A stretch of DNA of 64,000 nucleotides from a virus (taxonomy: Duplodnaviria; Heunggongvirae; Uroviricota; Caudoviricetes). The stretch lies in IMG/VR virus record IMGVR_UViG_3300024054_000549. One strand, written 5' to 3'. Made by a program: the position numbers and the translations under genes. Below are positions 56,375-64,000 of this stretch, one piece after another. Under the pieces are notes generated by a model. It saw only the letters and a list, made by a program, of their open reading frames with translations. It ran no database searches and had not been told where the DNA came from. Positions within the stretch are counted from its first letter, which is position 1, and each line of letters opens with the position of its first letter.

Positions 56375-57034
56375 TTATAATGTTACATTAAAAGTTTCTT
56401 CGTACACCTGTTTCCAGTATGGATTACTTGCAATTGCTTTCTCTCCCGGTTCCCATTGTTTTTTGATTACATAAAGAGCATACCTATATGCATATTCTTG
56501 ATCACTGGCAATCACTTTCTCACCCAATTCCCATGGCCCCTTGATAACATTAACAGCATACCAGTATGCATATTTCGAATTACTTGCAATAGCTTCCTCT
56601 CCGGGTTTCCATGGTTTTTTAATTATATCACGAGCATATAAAAATGCATAATATAGATTTCTTGCAATAGCTTCCTCACCAAGAGACCAAGGTTTTTTGA
56701 TGATATCACGAATATACCTATATGAATATTCTGGGTTTCTGGAAATCACATTTTCACCAGGTTCCCATGGTTTTTTGATTACATCATTGGCATACAAATA
56801 TGCATACCTTGGATTACTAGCAATAGCTTCCTCTCCAGGTGGCCATGGTTTTTGAAGAATATAGCGTGCATACCAATATGAGTATTCTGGACTTGTTGTC
56901 CATAAATGCTCTAGCTCTTGTTTTTTCTCTTTTGTGTCAGCCACTTTCCAAGCAATACTTGGTACTTTCAGATGTGCATCTTTGTATCCAAATAATGTAT
57001 TTGGAACAGAATGTAATTTGTAGAAGTTAAGCAT
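56375..57034 (-). CDS. 26-aa tandem-repeat family protein (6 repeats)
   Basis: same architecture. Confidence 0.75.
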   Translation of the reverse strand: MLNFYKLHSVPNTLFGYKDAHLKVPSIAWKVADTKEKKQELEHLWTTSPEYSYWYARYILQKPWPPGEEAIASNPRYAYLYANDVIKKPWEPGENVISRNPEYSYRYIRDIIKKPWSLGEEAIARNLYYAFLYARDIIKKPWKPGEEAIASNSKYAYWYAVNVIKGPWELGEKVIASDQEYAYRYALYVIKKQWEPGEKAIASNPYWKQVYEETFNVTL

Positions 57035-57035
57035 T

Positions 57036-57539
57036 TTATAATGTTACATTAAACGTTTTTTCATATCGCTGTTTCCAATATGGATTTCTTGCAATAGCTT
57101 TCTCGCCAGGTGCCCATGGTTGTTTGATTACATGGTAAGCATACATATATGCATAATATGGATTACTTGCAATAGCTTTCTCTCCAAGTTCCCATGGTTG
57201 TTTGATTACATGGTAAGCATACATATATGCATAATATGGATCACTAGATATTGCCTTCTCTCCAGGTTCCCATGGATGTTTGATTACATCACGAGCATAC
57301 AAAAATGCATACGCCGTGATACTTGCTATTACCTTCTCACCTGGTGACCATGGTTTTTTGATAACATCACGAGCATACACATATGCGTGTTCTGGGTTAC
57401 TTACCCACAAATATTCTATTTTTCGTTTCTTTTCATTTGTGTTTGCTACTTCCCAAGCAATTTCTGGTATTTTCAGATGTGCATCTTTGTATCCAAACAA
57501 TTCATTTGGATCAGAATGCAATTTGTAAAAGTTAAGCAT
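57036..57539 (-). CDS. 26-aa tandem-repeat family protein (4 repeats)
   Basis: start at MLNFYKL; contains two identical adjacent repeats (YYAYMYAYHVIKQPW). Confidence 0.75.
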   Translation of the reverse strand: MLNFYKLHSDPNELFGYKDAHLKIPEIAWEVANTNEKKRKIEYLWVSNPEHAYVYARDVIKKPWSPGEKVIASITAYAFLYARDVIKHPWEPGEKAISSDPYYAYMYAYHVIKQPWELGEKAIASNPYYAYMYAYHVIKQPWAPGEKAIARNPYWKQRYEKTFNVTL

Positions 57540-57558
57540 TTTACTAATTAAATTCAAA

Positions 57559-58281
57559 CTACTTAAAATACTGACTGTAATGCTTTTTGATCAAAAAGTT
57601 AAGAAATTTGGTATATTCCGGAATCTTGCTCAATTCAGCAATATCGGCGGGCGATACAGCTAAGTCGTTTTTATCCATGAACTGATTTGATTCTGCATGA
57701 AGTTGGAATTTTTTGATTTTACAATTAATAGTAGCCAAAATAATATACAGATCACCTTGTGATGCATAATAATCGTACCGATTATGCTCTTCATCCGGCG
57801 TAGAAGTACACCATTTGGTGTCTTTGCCGTACATATATGCATCTTCTTTGGTTCTAGGAATAATTACCTTGAAATTTTGAGTATAAATTAACCGAACAGA
57901 TTTGTTGTTTGATGTCATCTCGTAATTGTCAATATCATCAACCGATTCTTCATCATCAGTTAAAGAGTACAGCTGAGCCAAATCTTTGATCTGGTTTAGA
58001 TCTTTAATGGGCAATCTAGCCCGACGTTGTAAAAAGATACTAATGGAATTCTTAATACGATGAACATCTTCCAGCTTAAATTGATTTTTGGCGTACATAT
58101 TAGCAATGAACTGGATATTTTTTCCAGATTCAGGATCAGCTTGCTGCAACTGTGTTAACAATTCTGCTGTACAGATGTTATGCCCTAAATCCCGTATTGA
58201 CGACTCAGTAAGACGAGTTCTCATTGATTGTGCAATATAATCCACTCTGCGATTAACAAATGGTGTTTCGATGTTGTTCAT
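57559..58281 (-). CDS. hypothetical protein (240 aa) embedded in the array
   Basis: ORF; unrelated to repeat family. Confidence 0.4.
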   Translation of the reverse strand: MNNIETPFVNRRVDYIAQSMRTRLTESSIRDLGHNICTAELLTQLQQADPESGKNIQFIANMYAKNQFKLEDVHRIKNSISIFLQRRARLPIKDLNQIKDLAQLYSLTDDEESVDDIDNYEMTSNNKSVRLIYTQNFKVIIPRTKEDAYMYGKDTKWCTSTPDEEHNRYDYYASQGDLYIILATINCKIKKFQLHAESNQFMDKNDLAVSPADIAELSKIPEYTKFLNFLIKKHYSQYFK

Positions 58282-58289
58282 ATTTCACT

Positions 58290-58690
58290 TTCTGATTGGC
58301 AATTTACGTTGAAAATTTCTTCGTATTTCTATTTTAACCACGGCTTACTTGCTACTGCTTTTTTTCACCGAGTTCTTCTTTCTGTTCTTCTCTTTTTCCT
58401 TAGCTGCTTCTTCTGTTTTGTGCTTGACATCCAATGCTTTGTGATTAATTCACCAATTTTTCAAATCAACACGGGTGATACCCTCTTCTTTGTAGTCGAT
58501 TGTATCCAAAGGGATCAACATCAATCAGCACAACACGCTCTAATGCTGCCAAAGTTTGACACAGCGCCGACTGCGGCGAAAGATACCTACTTCTTCAATC
58601 CACTAATTTCTGATTGGTAGTAGGAATTTGGATACTCATCATAATAGTCTCTGCAAGGCATTTTCACTTGCTCCTTTAAAGTATGAATAC
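58290..58690 (-). pseudogene. degraded coding region downstream of promoter copy
   Basis: only short frame-hopping ORF fragments (..ERVVLIDVDP / LIPLDTIDYKEEGITRVDLKNW / Lys-rich tail). Confidence 0.35.
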
Positions 58691-58704
58691 GTTTAGGTAA
58701 AATC

Positions 58705-58732
58705 ATTATAACACAATTTCTAAGAATGTAAA
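58705..58732 (-). promoter_or_regulatory. T4-early-type promoter copy
   Basis: atcattataacacaatttctaagaatgtaaacaa. Confidence 0.55.
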
Positions 58733-58802
58733 CAAAATTTTACATATTTTTGATATTTAATTTCAGACAATCACTTAAATTAATATGTTAAAGTTAATCA
58801 TT

Positions 58803-59384
58803 TTACAGTTTTACCTTAAAGTATTGTTCATACTGCTGTTTTAAATATGGATCACTAGATATTGCCTTCTCTCCAGGTTCCCATGGATGTTTGATTACAT
58901 CACGAGCATATCTGTAAGCATATTCTGGACTTGTTGCAATCGCTTCCTCACCAGGTTCCCATGGTTCCCGAAGAATATAATAAGCATACACATACGCATA
59001 TTTCGGATCACTAGATATTGCTTTCTCACCAGGTTCCCATGGTTTTTTAAGAACATAACAAGCATATTTAAACGAATGTTCTGGATTACTTGCAATAGCT
59101 TTCTCTCCAAGTTCCCATGGTTGTTTGATTACATGGTAAGCATACACATACGCATATTTCGGATCACTAGATATTGCCTTCTCTCCAGGTTCCCATGGTT
59201 CCCGAAGAACTTCATAGGCATATTTAAATGCATATTTCGGACTACTTACCCACAAATGTTCTAGTTTTTGTTTCTTCTCTTTTGTGTCAGCCATTTCCCA
59301 AGCAATACTTGGTACTTTCAGATGTGCATCTTTGTATCCAAATAATGTATTTGGATCAGAATGTAATTTGTAGAAGTTAAGCAT
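58803..59384 (-). CDS. 26-aa tandem-repeat family protein (5 repeats)
   Basis: same architecture. Confidence 0.75.
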   Translation of the reverse strand: MLNFYKLHSDPNTLFGYKDAHLKVPSIAWEMADTKEKKQKLEHLWVSSPKYAFKYAYEVLREPWEPGEKAISSDPKYAYVYAYHVIKQPWELGEKAIASNPEHSFKYACYVLKKPWEPGEKAISSDPKYAYVYAYYILREPWEPGEEAIATSPEYAYRYARDVIKHPWEPGEKAISSDPYLKQQYEQYFKVKL

Positions 59385-59967
59385 TTGGTAATTTTACATT
59401 AAAAGTTTTTTCATACTGCTGCTTCCATTTTGGATCACTCACTATTGCTTTCTCGCCAGGTGCCCATGGTTGTTTGATTACATGGTAAGCATACATATAT
59501 GCATAATATGGATTACTTGCAATAGCTTTCTCTCCAAGTTCCCATGGATGTTTGATTAATTCACGGGCATACCTATATGAATAATATGAACTACTTGCAA
59601 TTGCTCTCTCACCAGGCTCCCATGGTTTTTTGATTACATCACGAGTATACCTATATGAATATTCTGGGTTACTGGAAATCACCTTTTCTCCAAGAGGCCA
59701 CAAATTTTCAATTACATTGTAAGCATACATATATGAATACCTTGGATCACTTGCAATCGCGTTCTCACCCGGTGGCCATGGTTTCTTGATAACCGTTTGT
59801 ACATACCAATATGCATACCTCGGATCACTTGCCCACAAATATTCTAGTTCTTGTTTCTTCTCAGTTGTGTCTGCAAAATCCCATGCAACACTCGGCACTT
59901 TTAAATGTGCATCTTTGTATCCAAATAATGTATTTGGAACAGAATGTAATTTGTAGAAGTTAAGCAT
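59377..59967 (-). CDS. 26-aa tandem-repeat family protein (5 repeats)
   Basis: same architecture. Confidence 0.75.
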   Translation of the reverse strand: MLNFYKLHSVPNTLFGYKDAHLKVPSVAWDFADTTEKKQELEYLWASDPRYAYWYVQTVIKKPWPPGENAIASDPRYSYMYAYNVIENLWPLGEKVISSNPEYSYRYTRDVIKKPWEPGERAIASSSYYSYRYARELIKHPWELGEKAIASNPYYAYMYAYHVIKQPWAPGEKAIVSDPKWKQQYEKTFNVKLPNA

Positions 59968-60604
59968 TTGGTAATTTTACATTAAATGCTTTTTCATACT
60001 GTGATTTCCAGTCAGGATCACTCGCTATTGCTTTCTCTCCAAGAGACCATGGATTTTTAATATAAAAACGAGCATACCAATATGCATAACCTGGATCACT
60101 AGATATTGCTTCCTCGCCAGGTTCCCATGGTCCTTTGATTACATTACAAGCGTACTTATATGAGTATTCTGGATTACTTGCAATCGCTGTCTCACCTAGT
60201 GGCCATGGTTTTTGAAGAACATAATGAGCGTACATATACGCATGTTCTGGACTACTTGCAATTACATTCTCGCCCGGTGGCCATGCGTCTTTAATGACAT
60301 AAAGAGCGTACCTATATGTATATCTTGCGTTACTTGCAATCGCTGTCTCACCTAGTGGCCATGGTTTTTGAAGAACATAATGAGCATATTCATACGCATA
60401 TTTCGGATCACTAGCAATTACCTTTTCACCTGGTTCCCATGGATTTTGAAGAACGAAACGAGCATACCTATAAGCATAAATAAGATTGCTTGCCCACAGA
60501 TGTTCTAGTTCTTGTTTCTTCTCTTTTGCAACTGCTTTTTCCCAAGCTATACTTAGTAATTTATCGTATAAAGATGATTCAGTATTTTGATTGGTACTTG
60601 ACAT
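59960..60604 (-). CDS. 26-aa tandem-repeat family protein (6 repeats, divergent N-terminus)
   Basis: first gene after promoter copy. Confidence 0.7.
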   Translation of the reverse strand: MSSTNQNTESSLYDKLLSIAWEKAVAKEKKQELEHLWASNLIYAYRYARFVLQNPWEPGEKVIASDPKYAYEYAHYVLQKPWPLGETAIASNARYTYRYALYVIKDAWPPGENVIASSPEHAYMYAHYVLQKPWPLGETAIASNPEYSYKYACNVIKGPWEPGEEAISSDPGYAYWYARFYIKNPWSLGEKAIASDPDWKSQYEKAFNVKLPNA

Positions 60605-60637
60605 TTTGGTTCTTTACAGAAACTATTTCAGTAAAGT

Positions 60638-60666
60638 TATTATAACACAATTTCTAAGAATATAAC
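60638..60666 (-). promoter_or_regulatory. T4-early-type promoter copy (weaker -35)
   Basis: agttattataacacaatttctaagaatataaccac. Confidence 0.5.
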
Positions 60667-60685
60667 CACTTCTTGAAAAATATTT

Positions 60686-61054
60686 TTACGTTTCGAACAT
60701 TTTTCGTTCCATAGAATAAAGTGAATCTAATGCTTTATTCATGTCGCGATCATAAATTGCCTTTTCGATCATTCGGAAATCTGTTCTAAATTCACCAAAA
60801 ATAGCTTCGATTACTTGTTTCTTTGTTCTTTCTACAGCAGCAGACAAATCTGAATTTGCATCGCGTTTTTGCAGCATATCACTAATTGTGACCCTTGCAC
60901 CAAGAGTTACAGAAATTTGATATGTTTTTGCATCAGACGACGAAGAGTTAATCCACCTTGCCTCCGCATCGAACATTTCATTGAACAGTACCTGAGGAAC
61001 TACTCCGTGTTCTGTAACTCCTAGAACTGAAATTGCTTTTACTACATTACTCAT
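60686..61054 (-). CDS. hypothetical protein
   Basis: ORF. Confidence 0.4.
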   Translation of the reverse strand: MSNVVKAISVLGVTEHGVVPQVLFNEMFDAEARWINSSSSDAKTYQISVTLGARVTISDMLQKRDANSDLSAAVERTKKQVIEAIFGEFRTDFRMIEKAIYDRDMNKALDSLYSMERKMFET

Positions 61055-61154
61055 AATTCTCTTTAATCAAATTTTCATTTATAAAATACAATCGAACCAA
61101 ATTCAAAAGCATCATTAATCCTTGAACTAATGATGCTTTTTCATATCAATATAA

Positions 61155-61409
61155 TTATTGTTCTGAACTCTGTGTCATGGGTCGTAGCCCACGATATCGA
61201 CTAATGAAAAACGTTCGACCCTCTGCATCTTTGCAGTGTCCCACAAAAATCCCACCAGGGAAAGACCGGGCAAAACTTTGCTTGTACTGTTCAGAAGCAA
61301 CTACACACTCGTATTGCGACCTGAATTGAATATACCGATTTGCTTCTGCTGGTGATTCAGCAGTTTTTGCAAAACTAAATACTAGAAAAGATGCTGTTAC
61401 AAAATCCAT
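61155..61409 (-). CDS. small secreted protein (signal peptide, 2 Cys), GC-enriched
   Basis: MDFVTASFLVFSFAKTA signal-like N-terminus; about 45% GC. Confidence 0.4.
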   Translation of the reverse strand: MDFVTASFLVFSFAKTAESPAEANRYIQFRSQYECVVASEQYKQSFARSFPGGIFVGHCKDAEGRTFFISRYRGLRPMTQSSEQ

Positions 61410-61457
61410 GATAACTCCATAAAAAAAAATTAATTTAAATTGTTTATTTAACTCTAT

Positions 61458-62477
61458 TTATTCCTTGCTTTTCAACAAGAAACGATTAGAAATTGCTTTA
61501 AAATGAATATTCGGGTCTGTTAAACACTTGAAAACTAATCCTTCGCGTTCTGTACCAGGGTTCAGTACAGATTTTCCCTCGGCAAGATTAAGTAAAAATT
61601 CAACATTCATTTCGTACCCATTATGATTGATATCATTAGTTAAAATAGGTACATGAGGAACAGAAAGTTCTTGCGCTAGATTAACTCGCTCACTTCCAAA
61701 ATAGTACCGTTTTTCTTTCTCTGAATAAACATCAAAAACATAGAAATCTTGACCATGCAGTTTGTATGGGTTTCCTTGAATCCCTTCACCAATAAGTTCA
61801 CCCTGGATGGCTATACCGAATAAACCCATCGCGCGCATTTTGTTCTCGATATCATACTTGATTGCCATCTTCCAAAAACTATTTGATTCAGATGGTTTTA
61901 AATCAATGTTCCGAGAGCACACATGAAAGTTCCCATCTACGTCAAGATAAAATGTACATGATGAACCATCTAGTTTTTCGGTAATTTCGAACTCTTTACC
62001 TTCCCATTCTTTGATTTCTTTGGTTAAGTTCTGGCACCGTTCTTGATCAGTTTTTGGAATCTCCGATGGGAACATTCCAATAATTTCACCGGCTAATTCC
62101 GCAGGAATTGGAGCTTCCCATTTAATAATGCCAAGTTGCTCGGATACGTCGGCTCCTTCTTCGTGAACATAAATCTTGTTCTGAAGAACATGCAAAGGAA
62201 GGATTAGTCCTTGTGATACTTGCCCACGAAGTTTCACTGTACGGAGACGATTGCCTTTGATGTTCTCATATTCCTTTGGTTCATTTTTAGTTAAAAATGG
62301 TGCAATTTCATGCGGAACCCAAGAATCAATTTCAAGATAGATAACTAAATCTCCTACAGAGAATTCGCCCTTTTTAACTACTACTTTCCAACCATCGACT
62401 ACGGCTATTTCAATCGCATCTGCATTTGGAATTGATTCAATACCAGAAATACACCGGATTGTTGCTAATTTACGCAT
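61458..62477 (-). CDS. RNA ligase, DraRnl/Rnl5-like (N-terminal OB domain + nucleotidyltransferase)
   Basis: N-terminal MRKLATIRCISGIESIPNADAIEIAVVDGWKVVVKKGEF (OB-like) and ligase motif I KLDGS. Confidence 0.6.
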   Translation of the reverse strand: MRKLATIRCISGIESIPNADAIEIAVVDGWKVVVKKGEFSVGDLVIYLEIDSWVPHEIAPFLTKNEPKEYENIKGNRLRTVKLRGQVSQGLILPLHVLQNKIYVHEEGADVSEQLGIIKWEAPIPAELAGEIIGMFPSEIPKTDQERCQNLTKEIKEWEGKEFEITEKLDGSSCTFYLDVDGNFHVCSRNIDLKPSESNSFWKMAIKYDIENKMRAMGLFGIAIQGELIGEGIQGNPYKLHGQDFYVFDVYSEKEKRYYFGSERVNLAQELSVPHVPILTNDINHNGYEMNVEFLLNLAEGKSVLNPGTEREGLVFKCLTDPNIHFKAISNRFLLKSKE

Positions 62478-62490
62478 TTTTATTCACTTA

Positions 62491-62691
62491 TCAAAAAATT
62501 ACCTTTTCGTAGCCAGATTCTTCAAGATAATTATGAACGTCTCCCAGAGATGTATTATTGAACTTTAATACAACCTGAAACGGCTGTATATTTGAACTCA
62601 ATTCGTAAGAATAAGAACCCTTGCGCCAAAGAACAAATGTTTTACCGTTTTTGTCATACTTAGAAATAAATTGAGTTTCGTACATGATCAT
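62491..62691 (-). CDS. hypothetical protein
   Basis: ORF after promoter copy. Confidence 0.35.
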   Translation of the reverse strand: MIMYETQFISKYDKNGKTFVLWRKGSYSYELSSNIQPFQVVLKFNNTSLGDVHNYLEESGYEKVIF

Positions 62692-62713
62692 CTCTTACTG
62701 TTTTGGTAATGTT

Positions 62714-62742
62714 ATTATAACAGCATAATTTGAAAAGTAAAC
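62714..62742 (-). promoter_or_regulatory. T4-early-type promoter copy (variant)
   Basis: gttattataacagcataatttgaaaagtaaaca. Confidence 0.5.
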
Positions 62743-62777
62743 ATAATTCTGTATAAAATGTTTTAATAGAGAATGTT

Positions 62778-62806
62778 ACTCAATCAGCTTAATCTGCTTA
62801 ATCTGC
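62778..62806. repeat. 9-bp tandem repeat cttaatctg x3
   Basis: direct reading. Confidence 0.5.
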
Positions 62807-62989
62807 TTAATCTGTACTATCTTTTGTAATTGTTTTCTTTGTTTCTTTTCGACTGTATTGTTTATTCTTAGAATTATCTGAAACGCTGTAAATTTCAGCT
62901 AGATTATCCCAATCTTCATCAATTTCTCTTAAATCATTGTTGGAAAACTTTCGTAATTTTTGCGATAGATTAGAATCTTTTTTTGACAT
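62807..62989 (-). CDS. hypothetical protein
   Basis: ORF. Confidence 0.3.
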   Translation of the reverse strand: MSKKDSNLSQKLRKFSNNDLREIDEDWDNLAEIYSVSDNSKNKQYSRKETKKTITKDSTD

Positions 62990-63002
62990 TTTTTAAAATT
63001 CG

Positions 63003-63392
63003 TTATGCTTTTGCGTGAAAATGTGTTTCTTTGTGTGCTGCGGTATATGCTGAATTAACTTTTTTAGCTTTAGCATTCATCTCTACACGATGATCATTCC
63101 CAGCCTGTTCAATTTTATCCATTTTCTGAAGAAATTTTTCAGAGACTTTTTTATCTATTTTTTTACGATGTTCTGAACGCTCGGTGAACTTTTCTTTTTC
63201 AATATTTTCTCGACGTTCTTGGGCTTGCTGGGTGTTTTTATCATTTCTTGCCCGTACTGAATCTATTAGACCGTTGCCATTTGAAATAGTATTTTCCATG
63301 TTAGTTAACCTTGAAGAATCGGATGTTTTAGAGAAAATCATTTTAACATATTTAGTACTATCTGTAAAATATTTTTTACAGAGCAATAACAT
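63003..63392 (-). CDS. hypothetical basic protein
   Basis: ORF. Confidence 0.4.
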   Translation of the reverse strand: MLLLCKKYFTDSTKYVKMIFSKTSDSSRLTNMENTISNGNGLIDSVRARNDKNTQQAQERRENIEKEKFTERSEHRKKIDKKVSEKFLQKMDKIEQAGNDHRVEMNAKAKKVNSAYTAAHKETHFHAKA

Positions 63393-63780
63393 TTACTCCA
63401 GATTTTTTTAGGAATTCTAAACCATCAGTGCTTCTGTACTGTTCTTTATAGTACACTGATTTAATTCCAGCTTGATGAATTAATTTAGCACATTCCATAC
63501 ATGGACTATGTGTTACGAATAATTCTGAGTCTTTTCCACTACTATGACTTTTAGCTAACTTCGAGATAGCATTACTTTCGGCATGAAGAACTTCTGGCTT
63601 TGTTAAACCATTTTCATCTTCACAATCATTATCCCATCCAGAGGGCATTCCATTATAACCATAACTGATTACGGAATCATCTTTAACAATAACCGCACCG
63701 ACATGAAGTCTCTTAGCATGACTTAATTCAGCTACCCTGGTAGCCCAATCTATATAAAGATTTACATATTTTTGTTTCAT
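63376..63780 (-). CDS. cd: dCMP deaminase
   Basis: HAESNAI ... PCMECAKLI zinc-binding motifs of the CMP/dCMP deaminase family. Confidence 0.8.
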   Translation of the reverse strand: MKQKYVNLYIDWATRVAELSHAKRLHVGAVIVKDDSVISYGYNGMPSGWDNDCEDENGLTKPEVLHAESNAISKLAKSHSSGKDSELFVTHSPCMECAKLIHQAGIKSVYYKEQYRSTDGLEFLKKSGVNVIAL

Positions 63781-63849
63781 TATGGTATTGATTAGACTAA
63801 GAATCTAAATGCCGGTGAATAATCGGTTAATATTATGCTCAGTTCTTAA

Positions 63850-64000
63850 ATTACTTCCCGGCAGTGACAGAAGGGATTACAGGAGCAGGTGCTGAATCAA
63901 CTACTTGAGCAGTTGCTGGAGCAGGTGCTGATTCTTCTTGCTTTGTACATCCTGTAAAAGCAATAAGAGCTAATAGAGAAGCAATAATTCCAAATTTCAT
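63850..64000 (-). CDS. small Pro-rich lipoprotein (possible o-spanin/OM lipoprotein)
   Basis: hand translation MKFGIIASLLALIAFTGCTKQEESAPAPATAQVVDSAPAPVIPSVTAGK; lipobox FTGC; start codon at window edge. Confidence 0.4.

Noticed and set aside
58228-58620. Plus-strand 130-aa ORF
   Set aside because: It spans the degraded region antisense to the early transcription direction; Cys/Phe-rich low-complexity translation typical of an artefact.
58887-59264. Plus-strand 125-aa ORF (and similar plus-strand ORFs 51213..51410, 51570..51785, 57120..57347, 57280..57528, 56456..56641, 50058..50267, 49746..49928)
   Set aside because: They are antisense to the repeat-family genes. Low-complexity periodic sequence generates long open frames on the opposite strand, and no promoter or RBS is present.
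39835-60604. Possible CRISPR array suggested by highly periodic 78-bp DNA repeats
   Set aside because: The periodicity is entirely inside long continuous ORFs (26-aa protein repeats) with no unique spacers; repeat copies diverge mainly at synonymous positions.

Overview
The window is an AT-rich (about 30-35% GC by eye) segment of a T4-related myovirus genome. Nearly all genes are on the minus strand, and the T4 core gene order is heavily rearranged.

T4 homologs recognised from the sequence are topoisomerase II gp52 and gp39(+60), tail sheath gp18, portal gp20, neck gp13 (and possibly gp14), GroES-like gp31, DNA ligase gp30, dNMP kinase gp1, helicase gp41, clamp-loader gp44, and a DNA polymerase gp43 split into two cistrons by a small CxxC mini-ORF. 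T4-type late promoters (TATAAATA) precede several plus-strand genes. About 14 near-identical T4-early-type promoters (GTTTACA-N17-TGnTATAAT) punctuate the minus strand.

Three things stand out. First, a complete, GC-rich tmRNA (ssrA) gene lies 10 nt downstream of gp41. Second, 34-38 kb holds an accessory island: a secreted subtilisin-like autotransporter, a MoxR AAA+ ATPase, a ClpP homolog, an overlapped spanin-like pair, a PAS protein, a rhodanese, a DEDDh exonuclease and an SPFH/NfeD pair. Third, and most striking, a ~21 kb early region (39.8-60.6 kb) carries a tandem array of at least 14 paralogous genes. Each encodes a conserved ~45-aa N-terminal domain followed by 2-8 copies of a 26-residue repeat (consensus ..P.YAY.YA..VIK.PWEPGEKAIAS.) and a conserved C-terminal motif (DPYWKQ.YE..FNVKL). 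Each sub-array is driven by its own copy of the conserved early promoter. Pseudogenised members, a 17-bp tandem duplication and near-identical DNA segments shared between distant members show the array is still changing. The remaining genes are small early ORFs (phosphoesterases, two DHH proteins, deaminases, SprT-like peptidase, nucleotidyltransferase), three GC-rich apparently foreign ORFs (38.7-39.1, 40.4-40.7 and 61.2-61.4 kb), a DraRnl-like RNA ligase and dCMP deaminase.
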